Origin: Chiloscyllium plagiosum
Taxonomy: Eukaryota
Direction: 5' to 3'
NCBI RefSeq assembly: GCF_004010195.1
Contig: NC_057719.1
Span: 358,288 to 422,287 of the forward strand
DNA: 64,000 nucleotides
Position numbers and translations under genes: made by a program. A model generated the notes under the pieces. That model did not search any database, was not told the origin of the DNA, and saw only the letters and a list, made by a program, of their open reading frames with translations. Below, one piece after another: positions 1-11,352 of this stretch (positions within the stretch are counted from its first letter, which is position 1; each line of letters starts with the position of its first letter).

Positions 1-565
1 GTTATAGCTTTCCCAATCAATATCAGGTAAGTTAAAGTCCCCCATAACAACCACTCTATTACTTTCACTCTTCTCTTGAATCATCCTCGCAATCCTTTCT
101 TCTACGTTTCTAGGACTGTTAGGAGGCCTGTAAAAAACTCCTAACTGGGTGAGCTCACCTTTCCTATTCCTAACTTCAGCCCAAACTACCTCAGATGGCG
201 AGTCTTCATCCATTGTCCTTTCCACAGCTGTAATACTATCTTTGACAAGCAATGCCACACCTCCCCCTCTTTTACCCCCACCTCTGACCCTACTAAAACA
301 TTTAAACCCTGGAACCTGCAACAGCCAATCCTGTCCCTGTTCTACCCATGTCTCCGTAATAGCCACAACATCGAAGTCCCAGGTACCAACCCACTCTGCA
401 AGTTCACCTACCTTATTTCGTATACTTCTTGCATTGAAATATACACACTTCAAGCAACTTTCCTGTTTACAGGCACCCTCTTTTGAAATTGATGCCATGT
501 TCCTAACCTCCCTACACTCCAGTCCTGCACCCTAAAGCTACAGTCTGGGTTCCCATGCCCCTGCA
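1..565 (-). mobile_element. CR1-clade LINE ORF2, APE endonuclease fragment
   Basis: Reverse strand encodes DVVAITETW, RGGGVALL, VMGDFN motifs. Confidence 0.85.
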
Positions 566-1097
566 GACTGACGCCTCTTTCAGGTATACCTGGTGCTCCT
601 CCGGGCATGCCCTCCTGCACTCTCCATTGAACTAGGGTTGGTCCCCTGGCTTGAAGGTAATGGTTGAGTGAGGGATATGCCAGGCCATGAGGTTACAGAT
701 TGTGCTGGAGTACAGTTATGCTGCTGTTGGTGGCCCAGAGTGCCTCATGGATGCCCAGTTTTGCATTGCCAGATCTGTTCAAAGTCTGTCCCATTGTGTC
801 ACTATCACTTGTCCTGTTGAGCACAGGTGATAATGCCACACAATTGGTGACACTAGGAAGTTGAAGAGGAATTTAAAAAAAAACTAGGATAGAGCAGGGA
901 GTGTGGAACTAATTGGACAGCATTTTCCAAGAGTCACCACCTACTAAAAGGGCTGAATGGCCACCTTCTGTACAGTGAAAATGTATGATTCATAGTGGCC
1001 ACCTGCTCTCCTGATGGAACAGGCAGGAGTGTTTTACATTTAGGATCTCAGCACCCACAGCCCTTACTGCAGTTGGTGTGCCCACCTCATTACCTAC

Positions 1098-1203
1098 CTG
1101 TCCATTGAGGGTCAGAGAGAGTGTACCATGGCCCCCCCTCTCAGCGTTGGTGTTGGCAGCTGCCATCAGGTCTGTCCTCCACTCTCCCTGCCACACCAGA
1201 CAC
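1098..1203 (-). CDS. Second coding exon of the same unidentified gene; gene continues past left edge
   Basis: Acceptor ttgttttgttttccttag|, donor CAG|GTAGGT; 106 nt, phase 2 in (matches previous exon); RCLVWQGEWRTDLMAAANTNAERGGHGTLSLTLNGQ. Confidence 0.75.
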
Positions 1204-2104
1204 CTAAGGAAAACAAAACAAGACTACCTTTCATTCGGGACGCAGAGACACTGGTCACAACTTTACGTGAGCCCACACTCCCTCCACACGCACTGCTCAC
1301 CATTCTGTCACCTGCAAAAAGATTTCACTTCTTAAAGCCTTATTGGCTGTGTCTTCATACACAGCATGTCCCATTGACCCATTTCCCCAGCAATGGCTTG
1401 TCATTACATCAACCTTGATTTTCAAACCTTCACCCCAGTTTTCAATCCCCTCCTAGAGCTCTCCCCTCCCTGACTCTGTAACCACCTCCAGCCATGCAAC
1501 CCTCTGATATCAGCACTCACCTACTTCAAACTGGTTCAGGATCCAGGATTTTAATCACTCCACAATTGATGGCCGTTCCTTAGACTGCCTGGGCCCCATG
1601 CTCTGGAAGTCACTCCTGAAACCTCTCCTCCTTCTCCTTGACTAAGTTTTAATGTTTAAGAGACTCCCTAACTAAGTTTCTGGTCATTTGCCCAATTATT
1701 GTAGGTGACTCTGTATCAAAGATACTGAAGCACCTTGAGACCTTTCGCTCAAAACCTCAGGTAAACGCAGGGAGCCATATCTAACCTTCAGTAAAACCAG
1801 CCAGAAACCTCAGCCATTCACAGTAAACAGTAAAGCCTAAATGATAACATCAAGCAGCATTCTGGCTGGGCCTGAAGTTTTCACCTACTCACTAAGGCGG
1901 TCACCCTGATACTGGGTTGTTTCTTCTGTGATTGTATATCTTGCTGGCTCCTTTTATCTAAGAACCATAAGACAGAAGCAGAAATTAGGCCATTCAGCCC
2001 ATCGAGTCTGCTCCTCCAGTCAATCATACCTGATAAGTTTCTCAACCCCATTCTTCCCACAATCCTTGATACTCAAGAACCTATCTCAGTCTTAAATATA
2101 CTTA

Positions 2105-3957
2105 GGGAGTTGAGCATATTTGTAGCGCAGGTTGAGGTTTTTGATGTAGGTTTGCTCAATGGGCTGGAAGGTTCATTTTCAGACGTTTCGTCACCATACT
2201 AGGTAACCTCTTCAGTGAGCCTCTGGATGAAGCACTGCTGGTATTTCCTGCTTCCTATTTATATGTTTGGGTTTCCTTGGGTTGGTGATGTCACTTCCTG
2301 TGGTGATGTGATTTCCTGATCTTTTTCTCAGGGGATGGTAAATGGGACCTAAGTCAATGTGTTTGTTGATAGAGTTCCGATTGGAATGCCATGCTTCTAG
2401 GAATTTGCACGAGTGTCTCTGTTTGGCTTGTCCTAGGATAGATGTGTCGTCCCAGTCGAAGTGGTGTCCTTCCTTATCTGTATGTGAGGATACTAGTGAG
2501 AGTGGGTCATGTCTCTTTGTGGCTAGTTGGTGTTCATGTATCCTGGTGGCTAGTTTTCTGCCTGTTTGTCCAATGTAGTGTTTGTTACAGTTCTTGCAAG
2601 GTATTTTGTAAATGACATTAGTTTTGCTCATTGTCTGTATAGGGTCTTTCAAGTACATTAGCTGCTGTTTTAATGTGTTGGTGGATTTGTGGGTTACCAG
2701 GATGCCAAGAAGTCTGAGTAGTCGGACAGTAATTTCCGAGATGCTTTTGATGTAGGAGAATGGCTAGGGATTTTGGACATGTTCTGTCTGCTTGTTTGGG
2801 TTTGTTGCTGAGAAATCAGCAGACTGTATTCATTGGGTGCCCATTCGTTGTGAATACACCATATAGTTGATTTTTCTCTGCTCTGCGTAGTTCCTGTGCT
2901 GCAGTGTTTGTTGGCTCATTGGAATAATGTTCTGATGCAGTTTTGTTTGTGGGTTTTGGGATGACTGGTTCTGCAGTTCAGTATTTGGTGTGTATGTGTT
3001 GTTTTCCTGTAGACACTGGTTTGAAGTTCCCCATTGGCTGTTCGCTCTACTGTGACATCTAGGAATGGCAGTTTGTTGTTGTTATCCTCCTCTTTAGTGA
3101 ATTTTATGCCAGTAAGGGAATTATTGATGGTCTTGAAGGTTTCTTCTAATTTGTTTTGTTTAGTGATGACAAAGATGTCATCCATGTAGCGGACCCAAAG
3201 TTTGGGTTGGATGGTTGGCAGAGCTGTTTGTTCGAGTCTCTACATTACTGCCTCTGCTAAGAACCCTGATATCGGAGATCCCATGGGGGTTCCGTTGGTT
3301 TGTCTGTAGGTTTTGTTGTTGAAGGTGAAGTGGGTGGTAAGGCATAGGTCCACTAGCTGGACGATGTTGTCCTTGCTGATGAAGTTAATGGTGTTTGGTG
3401 TATGCGTCTTTGGGTCTTCTAATAGTGTAGTCAGTGTTTCCTTGGCCAGGTTGATCAGCAAAACTAATGTCATTTACAAAATACCGTGCAAGAACTGTAA
3501 CAAACACTACATTGCACAAACAGGCGGAAAACTAGCCACCAGGATACATGAACACAACTAGCCACAAAAAGATATGACCCACCCTCACTCGTATCCTCAC
3601 ATACGGATGAGGAAGGACACCACTTCGACTGGGACAACACATCCATCCTAGGATAAGCCAAACAGAGACATGCACGAGAATTCCTAGACACATGGCATTC
3701 CAACCAGAACTCTATTGACAAACACCGACTTGGATCCCATTTACCACCCCCTGAGAAAAAGAACAGGAAGTGATATCACCATAAGAAATGACATCGCCAC
3801 AGGAAGTGACATCACCAATCCAAGGAAACCCAAACATATTAATTGGAAGCAGGAAACACCAGCAGTGCTTTGTCCGGAGGCTCACTGAAGATGCTACCTA
3901 GTATGGTGACGAAACATCTGAAAATAAACCTTCCAGCTCAGCGAGCAAACCTACATC
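2105..3957 (-). mobile_element. Penelope-like element (RT 3' half + GIY-YIG) with inverted copy of its 3' end, inside a CR1 tail
   Basis: GTPMGSPIS, YMDD, LPFLDV and VIYKIPC..YIGQTGRKL..RIHEH on -; GIY-YIG/3' end repeated on + from ~3455; 14-bp TSD CTTAAATATACTTA at 2091-2104 and 3958-3971. Confidence 0.92.
2179..2218 (-). ncRNA. Minimal type I hammerhead ribozyme motif (Penelope terminal repeat)
   Basis: UCA-CUGAAGA-G-GUUACC-UAGUAU-GGUGAC-GAAAC-GUC-UGA: core boxes, stem II and GUC site intact; second copy on + at 3885-3918 has AUC. Confidence 0.75.
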
Positions 3958-4044
3958 CTTAAATATACTTAATGACATGGTCGCCACTGCCTTTTGTGGC
4001 AATGAGTTCCATAGATTCACCACTCTCTGGCTAAAGAAGTTTCA

Positions 4045-4349
4045 AAATTTGTGAGAAGATTAGTAGCTCGTTGTTGTGGTTGTGTTCGCCGAGCTGGGAA
4101 TTTGTGTTGCAGACGTTTTGTCCCCTGTCTAGGTGACATCCTCTGTGCTTGGGAGCTTCCTGTGAAGTGCTTCTGTGATCTTTCCTCCAACATTTATAGT
4201 GGTTTGTCTCTGCCGCTTCCAGTTGTCAGTTCTAGCTGTCCGCTGCAGTGGCCAATATATTGGGTCCAGGTCGATGTGCTTATTGATTGAATCTGTGGAT
4301 GAGTGCCATGCTTCTAGGAATTCTCTGGCTGTTCTCTGTTTGGCTTGTC
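4045..4349 (-). mobile_element. Penelope-like 3' fragment, second family, mutated hammerhead core
   Basis: QAKQRTAREFLEAWHS..INKHIDLDPIY; terminal sequence shared with 24550-24710. Confidence 0.8.
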
Positions 4350-5008
4350 TCCTTATCTCCATTCTAAAAGGTCTTCCCTTTACTCTAAGGCTGTGCCTTT
4401 AGGTCGTCGTCTCTTCTCCCAGTGGAAATATCTTCCCAATATCTACACTGTCCAGGCCATTCAGTATGTTTCAATTAGACACCACTCATCCTTCTGAACT
4501 CCAGTCCTCAAACATTCCTCATTTGTTAAGCTTTTCATTCCTGGGACCATTCTCATGAACCTCCTCTGAATGCGCTCCAAGGCCAGTCCATCTTTCCTGA
4601 AGTAAGGGGCCCGAAACCACACACAATACTTCAAAAGTGGTCTGACCAGGACCTTATAGAGCCTCAGAATTACATCCCTGGTTTAATATTCAAGTCCTCT
4701 CAAAATAAATGCTTTTACTGCAGTTACTGAACTTTTCAGTATTTGAGGTTTTGCTGCAGTTACCTACTCTCTTGCTTCATGGCTCCAATGAAAGAGGTCC
4801 CTCACTGCCAAGCCCAGCTTTCTCACTCATTCCCTTCAAACAGGACCTCTTCCAGCCCAGGCCCAACATCGACGCCATGCCCCGCTCTGAATGGCTGGAG
4901 CTGGACACGAGATTAAAGGTGGGTCTGAACAGAGCTGGTTGCTGGTGTATGGGAAAACAGACCATTATTGGTCCTCTACACCCAGGTGACTCTCAATTTT
5001 ATATAGAG

Positions 5009-5365
5009 AATAGAATCCCCCGTGGGTAGAAACAGGCCATATGGCCCAATAAGTCCACACCAACCCTCCGAAGAACATCCCACCCAGACCCATTCCCTCA
5101 ACCTATCCCTATAATCCTGCATTTCTCACGACTAACCCACCTAAACTGCACATCCCTGAACACTATTTGCAATTTAGCATGGCCAATCCACATAATTTGC
5201 ACATCTTTGGACTGTGGGAGGAAACTGAAGCACCCGGAGGAAACCCACACCGAGACAGACAGTGAAAATGTGCAGATTGCACACAGTCGCCAGAGGGTGG
5301 AATCAAACCTGAGAGCCTGGTGCTATGAGGCTGCGGTGCTAACCACTGAGCCACCATGTCACCCC
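5009..5365 (-). mobile_element. tRNA-derived SINE (HE1/V-SINE type)
   Basis: tRNA-like head GGTGGCTCAGTGGTTAGCAC, central GGGTTTCCTCCGGGTGC block, CR1-like tail; further copies ~5745-5880, ~42960-43245. Confidence 0.85.
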
Positions 5366-6859
5366 AAGGGTGTGCTTCGCAATAAGTTCAAGCCTTAATT
5401 GCAACATCAGTTAGCACAGCAGGTCCCTCTCAACTTTGCCTGTAGCTATTTGTTTACCATTGTCTTCGCAATGTAATATCCAGCCTCAGTATTGTCAGCA
5501 AACTCAAACCGCAGGCATTGAGCCTGACACAACACCAGACCCGAAATCAAGTGGAAAAACTCCTCACCCCTGTCCTGTATGTCTGTTTCCATGTAAACAG
5601 CAGCAAAAACACAGGCACAGGCGAATGTTATTCAGTATCTTAGAAGGACCAAGTGCAGGGAAATGGGGTTAGCGTGGATGGATATTTTGGTCGGCATGGA
5701 CCAGTTTGGGACAAAGAGCCTGTCTCCATGTTGTAGATTAGATTACTTAACAGTGTGGAAACATGCCCTTCGGCCCAACAAGTCCACGCCGACTCTCCAA
5801 AGAGCAACCCACCCAGACCCATTCCCCTACACTTACCGCTTCACCTAACACTACGGGCAATTTAGCATGGCCAATTCATGAAATGTCCTAATTGCACCCC
5901 CACCACCGTCTGCATTAGAAAACTTTTGTAATCAATACAAATACCAAAAGTTTGGTTCCTGTCCCCTTCCAGCTCACTGGTTTACTAAGCTGCCATTCAA
6001 GTCTCCAAGTTTTCAGAGTGCTGCTCCTTCATCAGGTGGCATGTGGACCTGGTGTTGTGTGAATCCTGCAATGCCCTCCTTACTAACGTCTGGCCCTGAA
6101 TGTTATGATGTTAAGTGCTGATCCAGCTACGTTTTAAAAGTTGAGATTCCCCTGCATTCCAGATTTCCACCAGTCTCTGGGTGTAACCATTTTTTCTCAA
6201 ATCTCCTTTAAACCTTTTGCCTTTCACTTTGTTCTCTCAAGAGGTGGTCAGGAACAGTTAACATTCTAAGCCCATTAAATTATTTGTGGACACTTCCAGT
6301 AGTCTTTTTTTACATCTTGCATCACTACCTGGTATGGCAACTGGACAGTTCAAGATCGGAGACGGTTACAGAGAGTGGTGAACTCGGCCTGGAGACAGGC
6401 TCTTTGTCCCAAACTGGTCCATGCCGACCAAAATATCCATCCACGCTAACCCCATTTCCCTGCACTTGGTCCTTCTAATCCCTGCCTATCCGTGTATTGT
6501 CCAAATGCCTATTAAATGTTGGTAAGTACCTGCCTCAACCGCTTCCACTGGCAGCTCATTCCATATGCTTACCACACTTTTATATAAAAATCACAAAGGC
6601 CAACCTCCCATCTATAGAATCCATCTACCAGGATGTTGGTAAGTACCTGCCTCAACCGCTTCCACTGGCAGCTCATTCCATATGCTTACCACACTTTTAT
6701 ATAAAAAAAGTTGCCCCGCAGATTCCCCTTTATCCTTTCCCGTCTAACCTTAAACTGGTGCCCTTGAGTCCTCGATTCCACAACCCTGGGAAAAAGACTG
6801 GGTGCATTCACCTTATCCACGCCACTTTGATCTTATATTCCTCTCAGACTCCTACACTC

Positions 6860-7797
6860 CAAAGAAAAATTAAACTAATTCAGCAGGGGGATGAGAACCG
6901 AAATTTGCAGTTCGAGTATACAGGAGGATGAGAGCAGTGAAGTCAGGATTAATATTTCAAGATCGCAAGAAGGCACCAGCAGGAAAGATCTTGGTTTGAA
7001 GTGTGTCTACTTCAACACCAGGATCATCTGGAATAAGGTATGTGAACCTGCAGCATGGGTTGGTACCTGGGATTTCAATGTTGTGGCCATTTCGGAGACA
7101 TGGACAGAGCAGGGACAGGAATGGTTGTTGCAGGTTCTGGGATTTAGATGTTTCAATAAGATAAGAGAAGATGGTAAAAGAGGGGGTGGTGTGGCGCTGT
7201 TAGTCAAGGACAGTATTATGGTTGCAGAAAGGACGTTTGAGGGCTCGTCTACTGAGGTAGTATGGGCTGAGGTTAGAAACAGGAAAGGAGAGGTTACCCT
7301 GTTGGGAGTTTTCTATAGGCCTCCGAATAGTTCCAGAGATGTAGTGGAAAGGATAGCAAAGATGATCCTAGATAGGAGCGAGAGTGGCAGGGGAGTTGTT
7401 ATGGGGGACTTTAACTTTCCAAATATTGACTGGGAATAGATGGGTCAATTTTTGAACAATGTGTGCAGGAGGGTTTCCTGACAGTATGTAGACAGGCCAA
7501 CAAGGGACTGATTTGGTGCTGGATAATGAACCCAGCAAGGTGTTAGATTTGGATGTAGGTGAGCACTTTGGTGATAGTGACCACAATTCAGTTATGTTTA
7601 CTTTAGTGATAGAAAGGGATATAGATATATACCACAGGGCAAGAGCTGGGGGAAAGGCAATTACAATGTGATTAGGCAAGATTTAGGATGCAGAGGATGG
7701 GGAAGGAAACTGCAGGTGATGGGCACAATTGAAATGTGGAGAGTATTCAAGAAACAGCTACTGTGGGTCCTTGATAAGTATGTACCTGTCAGGCAGG
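6860..7797 (+). mobile_element. CR1-clade LINE ORF2 5' part (APE endonuclease)
   Basis: VVAISETW, RGGGVALLV, GVFYRPP, MGDFNFP, SDH motifs; frameshifted. Confidence 0.88.
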
Positions 7798-9203
7798 GCC
7801 CATACTTTTCCATCACCACACTTTTTGAAACTTACTAATCATGCCTTGGATATTTTCATCCAAATCACTGATATCGAAAACAAACAGTAATGGGCACAGC
7901 ACCAACCCTTGAGGCACTCCACTAGTCACAGGCCTCCAGTCCAACAAACATCCTTCCACTATTACCCTCTGCTTCCTACCATCAAGCTAATTGTGTGTCC
8001 AGTTTGCCAGCTCCCCCTGGATTCCATGTGATCTAACCTTCCAGAGCAGCCTACAATGTGGAACCTTATCAAAGGCCTTACTGAAATCCATATAGACTAT
8101 GTCTATCGCCATGCCATTGTCAATGTTCCTGGTCACTTCATCAAAAGGTTCCTGGATGGGTATATGAACAGGAAGGATTTAGAGGGATAAGGGCCAAACA
8201 CTGGTGAATGGGACCTATCAGTTTAGGATACCCGGTCAGTGAGGACAAGTTGGATGGGAGGGTCTGTTTCTGTGTTGTATAACCCTACGGCTATAAGCCT
8301 GGTGCTGGAACGTGGGACTTGTAGGATTTAGAATAACTTCTGTCAGTACAGAGTTGATAAGCTGAAGCGGCTCTTCAGTACAGGATGACTCTTTAAATTG
8401 AGAGTCTCAGGAACATGGAGTATTGAACCCAAGGTTATCATGGTACTGTTGAGAGAACAAAAACAAAAGTACTGATTGGAATAGTAAGGGAAGATGATTC
8501 TGCACTGGACTATCAGATTAATTCTACCAATGACCTACATTGTGCCAAATGGTCTCCTCTGTTATTAAGCACATGTTCAAATGCTCCTCAGGGAACATTT
8601 ATATTCGAGGACTTTTTGCTCCTCTGCATTATACTGAAAGCCTGGCATGGTCACTCCACTTGACCAGAGGTGCAAAATTTACAATGCACTGTTAAAAGTT
8701 GAGGTGTTTCCAATTGCAGACGAAAGTGAGGCCGGCAGATGCTGGAGATCAGAGTCTAGATTAGTGTGGTGCTGGAAAAGCACAGCAGGTCAGGCAGCAT
8801 CCGAGCAGCTGGAAAATTGACGTTTCTTCCAGTCAAGGCCAGAATGCAAGGGGATAAGCACAAGGGAGTCACAAATAAACACAGTGGGAAATTCAGCAAA
8901 AAAGCTGCTTTACCCAGAATGTGGAGAGGCTGTTTCATGGGGTGGTTGAGGCAAATATTGTAAATGGATAAATGAAGTATAGAAGGGATAAATGAACAGG
9001 TCCTGTTGAATGGCTGAGGTGAAGTACAGGAGGGACAAAGTATGGAGTAGTCAGGCCCAATCGGTTCCCCAGCCATAAATACTTTGTATTTGACAAGAAG
9101 TTACATGGCACCACAGTCTATCAATATTCCCGTACCCCTCAAGCACCAGCACTCAAAGTCTATGATGTCCAGAGCAACACTGACCAAACACGATGGGTCT
9201 TAC

Positions 9204-9364
9204 CTTGCCACTGAAGAAAGCATTCCAATTCGCTGGGATTTTGTCTCAGGGCTCACTGACACCTCAACTGAAAGGAAGGTCTCCTCTGGGGACGTGTCCC
9301 AGTTTCCAACACCAAAAATAACCAGGTGCTTTGGCAGAGGCAGCACTAACCGACAATGGAACAT
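9204..9364 (-). CDS. First coding exon of an unidentified protein-coding gene (exon starts at 9380)
   Basis: Acceptor tctgtcttttgccttag|, donor AAG|GTAAGA; MFHCRLVLPLPKHLVIFGVGNWDTSPEETFLSVEVSVSPETKSQRIGMLSSVA; ends phase 2. Confidence 0.75.
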
Positions 9365-9679
9365 GGAGCTATTGTGTGCTCTAAGGCAAAAGACAGAAGT
9401 GAAAACAAGTCAAAACTCTGAGCTGGTCTACAGCTGGCTCCAACAGAAGGCTGCACAGACTTCACACTCCAGCTTTAGGTGAGAAACCTCCATGGTAGGA
9501 GAGAAATTGTCATCTGAGAATTTGAATTCAGTTCAAAAACCTACAATAAAAAAATCCAGTTCCCGTAAATATAACCGTACAGATGTTGGATTGCCATAAA
9601 AGCCAAACTGATTCACCTTCCCTCCTCACCTACACAGGACTCCACTTAAACACCGATGACCTTTTATGAGGAAGTGAGG

Positions 9680-10775
9680 AAAATTGAGAGTAATGCAGTG
9701 GATGTTACGTATATTGACTTTCCTACAGCAAGTGACCACATCCCTCATGGTCGTCTGGTCCAGAAGATTAAGTCACATGGGATCCATGGAGAATTGGTAA
9801 ATTAGATACAAAATTGGCTTAGTCATAGAAGACAGAGGGTAGTTATAGAGGGGTATTTTTCTGACCAGAGGTCTCTGCCCAGTGGTGTTTCACTTGGATC
9901 AGTGCTGGCACCTCTAATTTCTATAAACGATTTGGATGAAAATGTACATGGTCCGATTAGTGAGTTTGCAGTGACAGTAAAATTGTCAGAGTTGCGGATA
10001 ATGAGAAAGGTTGTCAGAGGAGAAAGCAGGGTGGAGATCAGTTGGAAAGTTGGGTGGAGAAGAACAGATGGAGTTTAATCTCGACAAGAGCGAGATGATG
10101 GATTTTGGGAAGTCAATGCAAGAGGAAAGTATAGAGTAAATGGCAAGACCGAGATGTGTACTGATATTCAGAGGAATCTTGGGGAACAAGTCTTTGGATC
10201 CTGAAAGTTGTAACACAAGAGGATATGGTTGCAACTGAGGCATTGGCATGCTTGCCTTCGTGGCTCAGGATATTGGGTATAAAAGGTGGCAAGTCATATT
10301 GCAGCCATATGGAACATTAGTGAGGTAATGTCTGAAGAATAATTTGCTGTTCTGGTCACCACACTATAGGGAGGATGGGGGAGGCTTTGAAATGGGTCCA
10401 GAAAGGTTTACCAGGATGTTTCCTGGATTGGAGTGTATTAGCTATAAAGGAGAGATTGGATAAACTTTGATTATTTTCACTAGTTTGTCGGAGCCTGAGA
10501 GGTGACCTGGATAGTCAGAATCAATAGTTTCCCCAGGGTGGGAATGTTAAATACTACAGGAGTCAGGTTCAGGCGAGAGGGAAAAAGGTTAAAGGAGATG
10601 TGCAAGGCAAACTTTGCTTTTTTAAAAAAAAAACGCAGTGGCTAGTAGGTGCCTGGTACACGCTGTCCGGAGAGATAGTAAAAGTGGGTATGACACCAAA
10701 ACTTAGAAGGCACTTAGACAAACACAGGCAAGAAAGAGAGGGATACAGACCATATGCAGACAGATAGGATTAGCA
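9680..10775 (+). mobile_element. Decayed CR1-clade LINE RT/3' end
   Basis: Degenerate CR1 RT and 3' tail sequence. Confidence 0.75.
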
Positions 10776-10777
10776 AT

Positions 10778-11352
10778 GTTTGAGAAGATTTGTAGCTCAG
10801 GTTGAGGCTCTGGTTTTAAGCTTCTCACTGACTGGCATACAATTCACAAGAGGAGGAGAATGACAACAGACTCCCATTCCTAGAATGGGAGAATGAACAG
10901 TTAATGGAGAACTTCAAACCAGCATCTACAGGAAAACAACGCGTACGGACCAAATACTGAACCACAGGAGCAATCTTCCCAATACCCACAAATGGAGCTG
11001 CATCAGAACATTAATTTCAACAAATCACAAAACACTGCAGCACCCAGGAAATACAAGAAGCCGAAGAAAATCATCTATACGGTGTATTCAAGAACGGGTA
11101 CCAAATGAACACAGTCCACCGATTTCTCAACAACAAACCCAAACAAGCAGACAATGCGCACAGAAACTCCAGCTATGTTACCTTACATCAAATACATCTC
11201 TGAAATGACTTCCAGGCTACTCAGACCCATTGGCAACATGGTAGCCCACAAATCTACCAACACACTAAAACAGCAGCTAATGAACCTAAAGGATCCAATA
11301 CAAACAAATCAGCAAAACGAATGTCATTTACAAAATACCATGCAAGGACTGT
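10778..11352 (+). mobile_element. Penelope-like fragment with short inverted terminal piece
   Basis: LPYIKYISEMTSRLLRP...QQLMNLKDP; similar to reverse of 2590-3070. Confidence 0.8.

Noticed and set aside
9084-9482. 132-aa plus-strand ORF
   Set aside because: Antisense shadow of the minus-strand exon 9204-9380, which has the splice signals
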